From assembly GCF_964355755.1 (NCBI RefSeq), contig NC_092674.1, positions 25,978,001 through 26,042,000 of the forward strand: a stretch of DNA of 64,000 nt, given 5' to 3'. Below, piece after piece: positions 39,423 to 50,600 of the stretch (position 1 is the first letter of the stretch; each line of letters starts with the position of its first letter). The notes under the pieces were generated by a model, which did not search any database, was not told the origin of the DNA, and saw only the letters and a program-made list of their open reading frames with translations. The DNA comes from Antedon mediterranea. Lineage: Eukaryota > Animalia > Echinodermata. A program made the position numbers and the translations under genes.

Positions 39423-42400
39423 TCATTCATTTATGACTACATCTTCCAATTTATAAATTTCTATTTTACTTGATGCAGTGTTTATCTTTGATTTCTGAAC
39501 GTAACCGTGGAGAGCACGAATGGCAAACAGAATGAGTGCAGCTGCTGTAATGCTAAACATAAAGAGAAAAGAATAAAACAATGATTTTGTATCAGTCAGA
39601 ATAATTATACGAAGTTTAATTATGTAAAGCTCTGTCTACACTATAAAACTATGTGACAAAAAATGTGACGTACCATATGGAAATGATTATGTCATATCAC
39701 TACCATATTTAGGCATATATTTGAGCACATCACACTTTTTCTTTAGAAACAAAATTAGAAACATTCATCATTTTACTATGTGTTATATCCCGTATCCGGA
39801 TATTCACCCCCTGGACAACTACCCCCCGGACAACTACCCCCCGGACAACCACCACCTTAGGACAACAACCCCCTTAGGACAACTACCCTCTGGACAACTA
39901 CCCCCCGGACAATTACCCCCTAGGAACAATTACCCCCCGGACAATTACCCCCCGGACAATTACCCCCCGGACAATTACCCCCCGGACAATTACCCCCCGG
40001 ACAATTACCACCCAGAAAACTATCCCTTTAGAACACCCTAACCACCCAGACCATTCAACAACCTGACTCTGCAACTATTAATTAATAACTATATTTTAAT
40101 TCGTTACTTTGACGAATTACTATTCATTATTGTAAACAAAAGTAAAAGATTGAACATAAATATAGCCTGGTGGTATAAACTGAAGATTGTCACACATGAT
40201 CATAGGATAGTCGAACGTATTATATAGTACTCCATGTATTTACTGTAAAGACTGGGTTCGCTAATAATATCAATAATTTTTGCGTCAGGACAATGCTTCG
40301 ATAACCACTGGTCTTAAAAGAATTAATTTTTGTCTCAAATTTGTCATATATGTATTTTTGTACACTTGAAGAATAATATCACATTTGATATTTGACCTCA
40401 ATGTTCACTCACCGAATAAACGTCGATCTTTAAATAAATTCCCCTCAAATAAACGGTGACCATGTCACTCCCATGAAACATCATATGGAATAATCGGCGT
40501 CTATTTCCATTAGATTATACCCCCTCCCATTGAATAAACAACTTTCTTTCAATAAATGTCCACCTAAAAACCACCTAAACAATAAACAGCCCAGGCCGTT
40601 TTTTCAATAAATACGGTACTTTAAATCTAGAACATCTAGGGTCTAGCGTGCTGTTAAACAGAATAATCGGTTAAAAACGGGTGTTTCGAAACTAGAGACC
40701 CGAGACCAGAGACCAGAGACCCGAGACCCAATACGAAAAGGGAGACCTAAATATACGAAAAGGGAGACCCACGTACGAAAAGGGAGACCCCACTATACGA
40801 AAAGGGAGACCCCACTATACGAAAAGGGAGACCCTAATATACGAAAAGGGAGACCTAAATATACGAAAAGGGAGACCAAATATACGAAAAGGGAGACCCA
40901 AATATACGAAATGGGAGACCTAAATATACGAAAAGGGAGACCCACTATAAGAAAAGGGAGACCCCACTATACGAAAAGAGAGACCACACTATACGAAAAG
41001 GGAGACCCTAATATACGAAAAGGGAGACCCAAATATAGGTCTCCCTTTTCGTATTGGGTCTCGTGTCAGGTCTCTGGTCTCGGGTCTCTAGTTTCGAAAC
41101 ACCCGTTAAAAACAGATGATTTCATTTTTACAGAAACCTGTCGTATATATTTGTCTACTTTTGGATTGGGGGGGGGGGGGGGGGGTAGTTGACCGGGGGG
41201 TAGTTGACCGGGGGGTAGTTGACCGGGGGTAGTTGACCGGGGGGTAGTTGACCGGGGGGTAGTTGACCGGGGGGTAGTTGACCGGGGGGTAGTTGACCGG
41301 GGGTAGTTGACCGGGGGGTAGTTGTCCGGGGGGTTGTTATCCTAAGGGGGTAGTTGTCCTAAGGGGGTAGTTGTCCAGGGGGTAGTTGTCCGGGGGGTAG
41401 TTGTCCTAAGGGGGTAGTTGTCCGGGTGGTAAACATCCGGGGGGTAACTGTCTAGGGGGTAGGTGTCCTAGAACCGTTATATCCAGTGGCGTATCCAGTA
41501 GGGGGCCGGGGGGCCCGGCCCTCCCCCCCCCCTGATTTCGTTTCCGTCGGCACATCATCGCGGCCGCCGGCAAACAAAGGTGCCGGGGAAAAAATAAACT
41601 ATTTATTCTGACAATAATTGAACTGTAAACATAATTCTTTTGAGTGTTTGTTTATTTACATATCATATCATCATTGATCCCTTCAGATCAACTATTTTTT
41701 ATTTTCATTACATCTAACGAAACACGTTAAAAATGTGTAGCACGTACATACGGTCGTACGCGGTAGATTGTTTACTCAAAAGTCTTTGACCTTACCCTAA
41801 AACCTTGTTTTTGCATGCAGTTGAGCCTCTCATGACCTGAGATTTGTATGTCTTCCTACGCTAAGAGATTATATAGTTCCACATGCCATGTGCTTTTTTG
41901 TCTAAGATATATTTATTATAAGTGCCAAAAACCCGGTTTTTCTTCTCGATATGAGGCCTTTATTATTCAAAATTTTTCAAGAAAAAGCACATATACCATA
42001 AAAAATATCCATGTATTTCATTTTTGGAACAGAATATTCCGTGAGGCTCAACTACAAAACCACCATTTTGTGATATGATGTCATCGTAAGCCAATCAAAG
42101 CTGAGCTTTCTTGCGATTGGCATTGCTCACGGTTGAATGATTTAGGATTCTAGCTGATTTGATTGGTGGATGCGAATCACCCGCAGCGGAATGTTTTCTC
42201 TCGCGCGTGTACCATGAATCTCTCTGATTGTTACTACACAAAGTTAGAGCAATGAATTTGTCCGAATTCCGTTAAGTAAACAACTTTATATATTTTATAA
42301 GCATTTAATAACATGTTTTAGTGATATTTCTAATGGTGATATATAAAATAAATTACAAAAAAACGTAATTATATGTAATTATTTTAACCAAAAATGGCGT

Positions 42401-42888
42401 AGTTAATAGAATTGTCGACTGAGGCCGCAAATTGTTTTACTTCTTTCGTGGCTAAAAACGATCATTTTCGGCGATGTTTTAGACCCTATATTTCGAAAAC
42501 TACAAGTCAGATTTTCCTAATTCTTTCTTTATTGTAATATGAATACAACATACTAACAGATAATGTTGGTTTGGTTTTAATTTTGCATCGTTATCCCATA
42601 TAAGACAATATGACTATGTAATCCTAGAACATATATTGATCAGAGACGTCGTGTATGTACAGCAGATAATGACACCAATTTTGTCGGCAAATTGGCAATT
42701 CTCGGCGGCCCCCCCCCCCCCCCCCCAACTTCAAAATCCTGGATACGCCACTGGTTATATCCAATATAAATACTAATACTGCCGCGGTTCAATCGATAAC
42801 CGAGTGTTCCGTACGCAGCGAGATAGTTTAGATGTTTTAGTATACAATACCTTCCTAATACAATTAAACATATCCAGAGTGCATCCAT
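39423..42888 (-). CDS. Candidate 55-aa single-pass membrane microprotein, two coding exons (42851-42888 and 39423-39552)
   Basis: Acceptor tttgacacag at 42903-42904, Kozak ACCATGG at 42888, donor AAG|GTATTG, and a polypyrimidine acceptor ttcttttctctttatgtttag at 39553-39554. The phase-2 join gives MDALWICLIVLGSITAAALILFAIRALHGYVQKSKINTASSKIEIYKLEDVVINE*. AATAAA (minus) at 39118-39123. No homolog recognised. Confidence 0.55.
39791..41476. mobile_element. Foldback-like non-autonomous DNA transposon with inverted subterminal 15-bp arrays (GGACAAYTACCCCCC)n
   Basis: C-rich array at ~39807-40040 and its reverse-complement G-rich array at ~41168-41470; CG..CG termini; TTATATCC on both sides. Confidence 0.8.
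40679..41104. mobile_element. Mutator-like MITE (426 bp) nested in the foldback element
   Basis: TIR GGGTGTTTCGAAACTAGAGACCCGAGACCAGAGACC; 9-bp TSD GTTAAAAAC (40670-40678 / 41105-41113); internal 21-22-bp tandem ATACGAAAAGGGAGACC(N4-5). Confidence 0.88.
41484..42753. mobile_element. Non-autonomous hAT-like transposon (1270 bp)
   Basis: TIR CAGTGGCGTATCCAG...CTGGATACGCCACTG; 8-bp TSD GTTATATC (41476-41483 / 42754-42761). Confidence 0.88.
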
Positions 42889-43164
42889 GGTGCAGTGTAG
42901 ACCTGTGTCAAATGTTCTAGAGGCGGACGCCCATAAAATTGTCCCAAACAAATCTGAACTTTGAACGATTGTCAACATAAGAGTAGATAAAGATATAAGT
43001 ATAGGCCTAAATCAGAGAGAGGGTGGAGTTATCTACTACACAAATCATATAATAATATCAGGAGAGTCGATCAATCTAAAGATTTTAAACACGGCGAATT
43101 TAAAAAAAAACAATAATCAAAAAAGGGTAGCCAGCTACGCTTCGTATTCATGCTGGAATCATTA

Positions 43165-43900
43165 TTTTGCGCAAATATTTCTTTTGTCGACATTTTTTGT
43201 AAAAGTTTTCTTTGCGGACTTCTGTTTTTTTGCAAAGTTTTCTTTGCCGACATCGGGTTTTTCGCAAAGTTTTCTTTGCTGGCAGCTGGGTTTTCGCAAA
43301 TTTTCTTTGCTGACTTCTGATTTTTCGCAACGTACTCTTTGCTGGCATCCCATTTTCGCAAAGTTTTCTATGCTTTGCTGACATCGGTTTTCTTTCTTAT
43401 TTTTCTTTACTGGCTTCTTTCGGAAAGACATTGATTTTGGAAAGATTTCTTTACTTAGATCGTTTTTAAAGAACTGTTTTTTGTTGTTTTTTTTTTTTTT
43501 TCGACATAGGTTTTTCTGAAAGTTTTCTTTTGTGTTCTTTTTTAAACCGTTATTTTGTTTCAAGAGTTTTCTCTACTGACATTGGAGTTTTCTCTACTGA
43601 CATTGGAGTTTTCTCTACTGACATTGGAGTTTTCTCTACTGACATTGGAGTTTTCTCTACTGACATTGGAGTTTTCTCTACTGACATTGGAGTTTTCTCT
43701 ACTGACACTGGAGTTTTCTCTACTGACATTGGAGTTTTCTCTACTGACATTGGAGTTTTTTATTTTCGTTTAATTCAATTTTTTTCGAAAATCTTTCTTT
43801 ACTACATCGTTTTTTTTAAAGTCGTCATTGGGTCTATTTGCGGAAAGTTTCCATTACTACCATCGGTTTGTTCCTTTTTGGTAAATTTTCTTTACTGAAA
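43165..43900. repeat. Degenerate ~31-bp array (TTTTCGCAAAGTTTTCTTTGCYGAC) containing a homogeneous 21-bp array (GAGTTTTCTCTACTGACATTG) x9 at 43564-43759
   Basis: Direct inspection; explains the repetitive ORFs at 43071-43898. Confidence 0.85.
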
Positions 43901-45529
43901 TAGGTAATTTTTCGGATTGTTTTTTACTAACAGTACAGTTTGTTGACACCTGTGAGTTCCTACTAACAAACACACTACAGAAAACAACACAGTTTACAAG
44001 CGCTTCTTGCATTTATTCATTAATATACCTTGATTCCAGTATACATGCAGTGCACGTGTCTTACGTCATCTAACAAGCGCGCTCCCTTCTTTCATTTGAA
44101 ACACTGCCACAGGAATCGCGCTCAACATGGTAAATTCATAAAATATAAGTTATTAACATGTTATTTTATTCAAGCTAAGGAGTATAAATACAGAATTAAC
44201 GCTTCTAGACATGTTTAAACATTGTGTTAAAAAACGCACACATCACGGTAAAAAAAATGGAAATTTTATTTTAATTAAATTAAATACAGTATACCTTGAA
44301 AAGTAAAGAAGAAAGTAGCTCGCATCGGGGAAAAAATTGTACTCTTCCTTACTCACATTAAAATTATTCCAAAATAACTGCATAAATAAATAAACTTTTG
44401 GTCTGTATACTTGGTGCAACCAAAAAAAAGATGATTTTAGAATTTGACTACATGATTCTGTTAACAAAATAAACAACTTTATGTACATTAAAACAATTAA
44501 ATAAGTATTACTTCCCTCCAACATTAAAAGAAAATTTGGAAAAAAAATTAATAGACGATTGTTTACCAAATATAATTTATATCGTTTTAGAAACGTAATT
44601 GTAGACAAATTATTGTAAAACCATACATAAATATGTTTGATAATCAATAAGCAAATCGGCTAAGACATGCCGACAATTTCTCCATGAAAGAAAAAAAATC
44701 AAATCTTTGCCGTTATAACACTGACGATGTGAGACAGGAAAAATGAAAAAAAAGTATTATTAACAGTTAATTAAAAGAATATAAATTAATTGAATATTAT
44801 TTATCCATATTATTTACATAACATTCTGCCAATATATAAACTAAAACATTACAAAGTTTACACATATTGTTTAATAAATATATCGGTGTATGTTATAGTA
44901 GGTAGGATTTACGAGATACGATACTAGGAAACTATAAAATATTATATATTGCTGATGTTTCTTTAGAGTCGAGTCGTGAATTAAGTGTTTCTTTAAATAC
45001 AATAAGAATGCAATTATTATTTAAAAATGTTAATTTTAAAATTCTTTCATCTGAAATATTAAGGCCACATAAGAAACTAAATAAAACCAAAATCAAGGCA
45101 GTTTGTATTTGGGAGTTACAGCCTTTGGTCCGATTTCTCGGGTTTATGTGAGGCGGTGCGAAAATAAATTCTCAAACAAACGTAAAAGGAGTAAGCCTAA
45201 GGATAATCATTTTTTCTTTTTTTCATTTTCTAGAAGTAAAGACAAAAACAAAATAGGAGATAGTTCTCAGTTAGACAAACCGGTTTTTGTTAGGCCCAAT
45301 AATCAGCAATATTTTTAATATCGTGCAAAAGGAATTAATTATTTTGAACAGTTCTAATTAATTACTATCCAATACGGCTAACAAATTCCAGTCTCAATAT
45401 TTTACTAATACAGTAAATAAAACACAGTATCATAAAACGTTTTGATATTAGTAGGACTATGCATAAAATAATGTAAACATCTAGGCCTACATACAGTTTT
45501 TACATTGATGACGCTATCGGCACGCCCGC

Positions 45530-45802
45530 GTAGTTTAAAATGTTCTATATGCACGATCGACCGTTTATGTAATTTAAAGTTTTCTATATGCACGGTCGAC
45601 CGTGTATGTAATTTAAAGTTTTCTATATGCACGGTAGACCGTGTCTGTGATGTAAAGTTTCCTATATGCATGGTCGACCGTGCCTGTAATGTAAAGTTTC
45701 CTATATGCATGGTCGACCGTGCGTGTAATTTAAAGCTTCCTATATGCATGGTCGACCGTACGTGTAATTTAAAGATTTCTATATGCACGGTCGATCGACC
45801 GT
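45530..45802. repeat. 39-bp minisatellite x~7 with a palindromic core CACGGTCGACCGTG
   Basis: Unit TTCTATATGCACGGTCGACCGTGTATGTAATTTAAAGTT. Confidence 0.9.
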
Positions 45803-47654
45803 GGGTGTTTAAATTAGTCTCTTTTAAAATTAGGCATAATAGCCACTTAGACTTTTAATTTACCAAATTTACTATGAAGGGCGTGCAGTGACTTTCTGTC
45901 TTATATTTTTAAATTCTGCGCTGCACAAGAATTTTGTGTAACAAAACCTATAAAGTTAAGAAAGACTGTTTTTCACATTACAACGGAAGCCCAATGCAAA
46001 ATAAAAGCAAACTTTTTTATCCGATGTTTGCATATAAAAATCACCGATTATAACGTCACATCGGACCAAATGGAAACGAGTTTATTCTGAGCTATTTTGT
46101 TATAAGAATTAAAAACTTAGGGCAGAAAAGTGCTATTCAAATGTAATTTTAACTTTTCCTTACTTCTATTTTTTTAAATAAGAAAATTTTAATTGGACAT
46201 TTTAAGCAGTTGACGTAGCCAAGCACACTTTCTAACGGTCAAAGCATGCTTACCAAGCAGAATAATTTAAGCAACACAAAAAGAGCTTGCACAGATGTGT
46301 GTTACGCTCCATTGGCTTTTGACCTATGAAAAGGTCAGATAGACTGATAATATAAACCTGAAATTGCACAATTAAAACAGAAACTTAATTAACTAAGAAC
46401 AACAACTTAATTAAAGTACTATCAAAACGTGCAACTGGTGTCTTTAGAAATATGCTACAATATTTTTAAGTTGAATAAAAAATAAGAACTATAAAATGAA
46501 CTATCATACTGATCTGCAAGAAATATAAAAATATTATTTTTTACAAGCTAACCAAAAATTAAATATCTTACAGTTAATAAAGTCTGAAAATAAAATTGTA
46601 CAACAGTATATAAATGTACATTTCAAATTTTGTAAATATTAGTTAATTAATCCACAACTTGGCATTAAATATTATAGAACATTACTGATACTATTTTACC
46701 TATATTATAGAGATACAGTACACAACTTATTCACTTTACTTAATAAATATGTTTAGTCTTTCATCAAAAATTCTAGTAAAAATTTTTCATATTACCATAC
46801 AGTTTTTAAAGCTCCGTCTACACTATTAAACTAGTTTGAGAAAATAAGTGTGCCCAAATATGGTAGTAATATGACATTACTGTGTCCATATATGGGCACA
46901 TCATATTTTTTGTCACACAAAGTTTGATAGTGTACTAGACAGAGCTTTAGTTATTATTTCTGTTTATGTTGTTAGTATTTCTTTAGCAGAAATTTTGATT
47001 TTTGTCCATAAGTTCATGTGTACATATGACACGCCATGTGTGCCAAAATGTATATCTTTTTAACATTATTAAGCTGAAGGGACACCAACAAAGTGTTCCT
47101 AAAAGTGTCCCCTTAATAGTGGTCTCCCAAAGGAGTGCTTCTACTGTACTACAGCACAAAGGAATAATTTGTAGCGGTGCTGTTTTGTTTAACAAAAAAA
47201 ATAATAAATGTTGGAATTGAACCAACACCCCCGCCAAGCTTATATACCATTACAAATACAGATTCACAAGTATTGCTTTTAAATATCCACAGTATTGCCT
47301 TTTAAACATAGTTTCCTGATAGCCGAGTGACAATCAAACTATTATTAAAAATTATTAGCGCCAAATTTCTAATTTTTAATATATTTAAAATCATGGGTTT
47401 ACACTAGAAAAAAAATAATGAAAAAAAAATTACAGATTTATCTTTTAAAATAATACTTTTCCTGATCATACCACATTAATACTCTGCAATGTCTCGTTAA
47501 ACACGGTTTTTATAAGTTTAAAAGAATTAAAATACTTTTAAAATTTCGATCCTGAAGTAATGGGGTGTGGTCCTTAAGATTTTAATGTCGATTATCTATT
47601 ATTTTTCAGAACTTTTTCATGTATCCATAGTTTTTTTAAAGATTTATTTTCATC

Positions 47655-50600
47655 TCAAAAACAGCCGTCCTTCCAGCTCTCATCTTTGGTCTTGTAATAA
47701 CTCCTGGAAGCAGGAATGGCCCTGAAAAATGAATCAATTATTATTATTATTAAAATTTTCATTGAGAAACACTATAGAAATATGTAAATTAACATTTATA
47801 TTTTGTCTGGTGACCCCCTAGAAGGTGAAAAAAGATGGTGGATTTACGGTGGATAATTTTTGCTATAGCATGAAAACAAAATTCTGAAGTTGAATAAAAA
47901 TATCAGAAATGTAAAATTCAAGTTATATTACCTATATTTAGTCATCTGATAACATTTTTTACCACACCGTTTATTTTTCATAGCTTTTTAAAATGCCTCT
48001 CTATTTTCAAAATTTGTGTACAAAAGAATAGAGATTTTACTGTGTAATTTGAACTATCCCCCCACTGATATGAAAGTGCTAATTTTCAAAACGCTCCGGT
48101 AACACAAATAAAATCCCAAAAATTATGAAACATAGGGGAAACTATAGATCGATAATTATTGGAATGTATAATCAATAGAAATTTTTTGCCCGCCCCTGGC
48201 CTTTAATGGTAAAAAAAAATCTGGGACCTTTTGGACTACAAGAAAAGTCTGGTTTTGGGAGAATTTCCAATTTTTAGAAAGTCCGGTTTTTGGAGAGTCG
48301 ACTGTATCACAGAAACAAAAAAAGTTAGTTAAAAGGAAAGATGAAAAGAAAACAGAAAACAATGATAGACAAAAACAAACACAATTTATTTTTAAAATTA
48401 ATTACCTTTTATTCGGTGTAGCTATTTTACTTCTTGGTATTGTTGAACTACCCATAAGTCTTGGTTTTGGGATCCCGCTACCACGAGAAGCTGTCATTTC
48501 ACTTCCAATAGCCCGAATTGGTATCCCCTTACCTTGGGGCGACAAAGATCGTCCTTTTGAAGGTGACGGGGGCTTCAGTCCGCCTTTAGGTGGGGTCATT
48601 GACCTATTAACTGGTATCGTTCCAGGTTGTTTTAATCGACCTTCATGTCCATTATGTGCACGTGGAGATCCAGAGGGCGATGAATTGAATGATCGGTTTA
48701 AATTTGGCATACTCCCGCCGTGGCCTTCATTACGTCCTGTCAAAAAATAAACGATAATATAAGATTAATTTAATGTTATTTAATATATTATTATTAAGTT
48801 TAGGCATGTACCTGTATCATCTTTAATTTACATTTAAAGCTCCTGTGATTAAATTTTGTGAACAATTTTAATTATACTAAACTTAGAGAGTGGCAGTGAA
48901 ATTTGCATCAATTCCAGGTGCTACATCTGTACTGATAAGTATTTGGCTTGAATGCTATGTATATGATTTATTTAATTTTTGATTCTAAATTTTTTTTTAT
49001 TTTATCTTTCTCTTTAATTTAATTTTATGTTTATGTCTTGATTTGTGTGAGGGTCCCTAATGATCAGCTTCGGCTGGATAGACCAACCTCGCAAAATATA
49101 TTGTTGAAATAAATAAAATAAATAAATGATATCTGTTATTAATCATTCAATGTGTAACACAGTAGAACACCTACAGTACTAAGGGGACACCATAGTGACC
49201 ACAAAGTGTCCTTTTAATAGGATTTCTCCTTAATAGGCTACAGCCAAATAGCACAAGTGACTTCAGGGCACAGATGTTGTGTAAAAGGTTGGAAATAAAC
49301 CTTCAACAATCAAATAAATAAATTAATTTGTCATTTATTTTATGAAAAGTTTTATATAAAATATATTGTGGGGAGTGAAACACTTTTAAGTATTTCAAAT
49401 ATTGCCCTAATTAAACTAAATCATGCAGTGTATTAAAAATGTTTGTCTTATCTAATCTAATAGTTTGACCAAAAGTTAAAGTAGTCACCAACAACAAGAA
49501 AGTTGAAGTGAAGGAGTATAAAGGCAATAACAATTGTTTTCAAAATGAGAAATAACCTAGAAACGTGAATAAACATATTTTGATGTGAAAAAAAGTAGAA
49601 AGTTTATCTACAAAATTACTTTTATCCATTTACTAAGGTAAATTTTAAAATAAGTTATATTAAAACATGCACTATCTTATTCTTAGTTTCCTAAAGGCCA
49701 ACTCGGATAGCGTTGTACGGCAAGGCCCGATGCGTATATTCGTTAGGAGAAAATAAAATGTTGTTTAAAGTTCTCCCAACTACTTAAAAACTACGCCCGA
49801 CACTGCCTCGTCTCGTCGGAATTTAACTCTGACAGCAGTTTTGTCGTGCCTCATCGTACGACGCTGTCTGAGTTGGTCTTAGAGGACAAAGTACAGTAAT
49901 GACATAACCAACAATCGACACAAGGAATTACAATACAATCAAATCATGTGAAAATTGAAAGTTAGTGACATAAAAAACAATCCACTGTGTTATTTAAGAG
50001 ATAAGGTGTATAAAGTATACTGTACACCCCAAGCACTATTGTACTGAAAAACAGAAAAAACATATAATTGCTATTGTTCAGTTTTCTCTTAAACAAAATA
50101 GGCTTTGCAGTTTTGTTGTTGATATTTAAATGTGATAGTGTGGAAGAGCATTATCAATTTACCATGTACAAAAATCACAAGTGAATATAAAACAAGCCTA
50201 AATTCTTTTTTGTTTTGTTTATTTTTTTGTAGCAGTTCCCTATAACACACTACATAATTGTGTGTGTTATCTTTTTCCATCTTATTAATTAATACAGTAT
50301 GTACATAATTAACATGTATCAATACCATAATAAAATAGTTGATTTTTTTTTATCGCTACAAAAACTCTCAAAGAATTGATATTTACAGTGGAACACTCCT
50401 ATTAAGGAAACACGTAAGGGGACATCCCTATTGAAGGGATACCCCTATTGAAGGGATACCCCTATTGAAGGGACACCCTCTATAAGAGGACAGTTTGTTA
50501 CGTCCTGAAGGTGTCCCCTTAATAGACGTTCTACTGTATTTAAACTACGAGTTTAAAGAGTCAATCAAAATTAGAAAACAAAACACCGAATCAAAAGCAC

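Noticed and set aside
40730-41035. Regular 17-bp repeat with short variable spacers, superficially CRISPR-like
   Set aside because: Spacers are only 4-5 nt and recur, there are no cas genes, the context is eukaryotic, and it is the interior of a TIR/9-bp-TSD MITE.
39721-41192. ORFs with PPDNY and IRKGRP repeats
   Set aside because: Translations of transposon subterminal minisatellites.
42640-42978. 112-aa ORF as a single-exon gene
   Set aside because: It runs into the hAT TIR and poly-G; only 42888-42851 is supported, as exon 1 of the spliced microprotein.
43071-45858. Repetitive ORFs (STDIGVF, MSVEKTP, MHIGNFKLHARST)
   Set aside because: Stop-free frames of 21-bp and 39-bp tandem repeats; no splice or start context.
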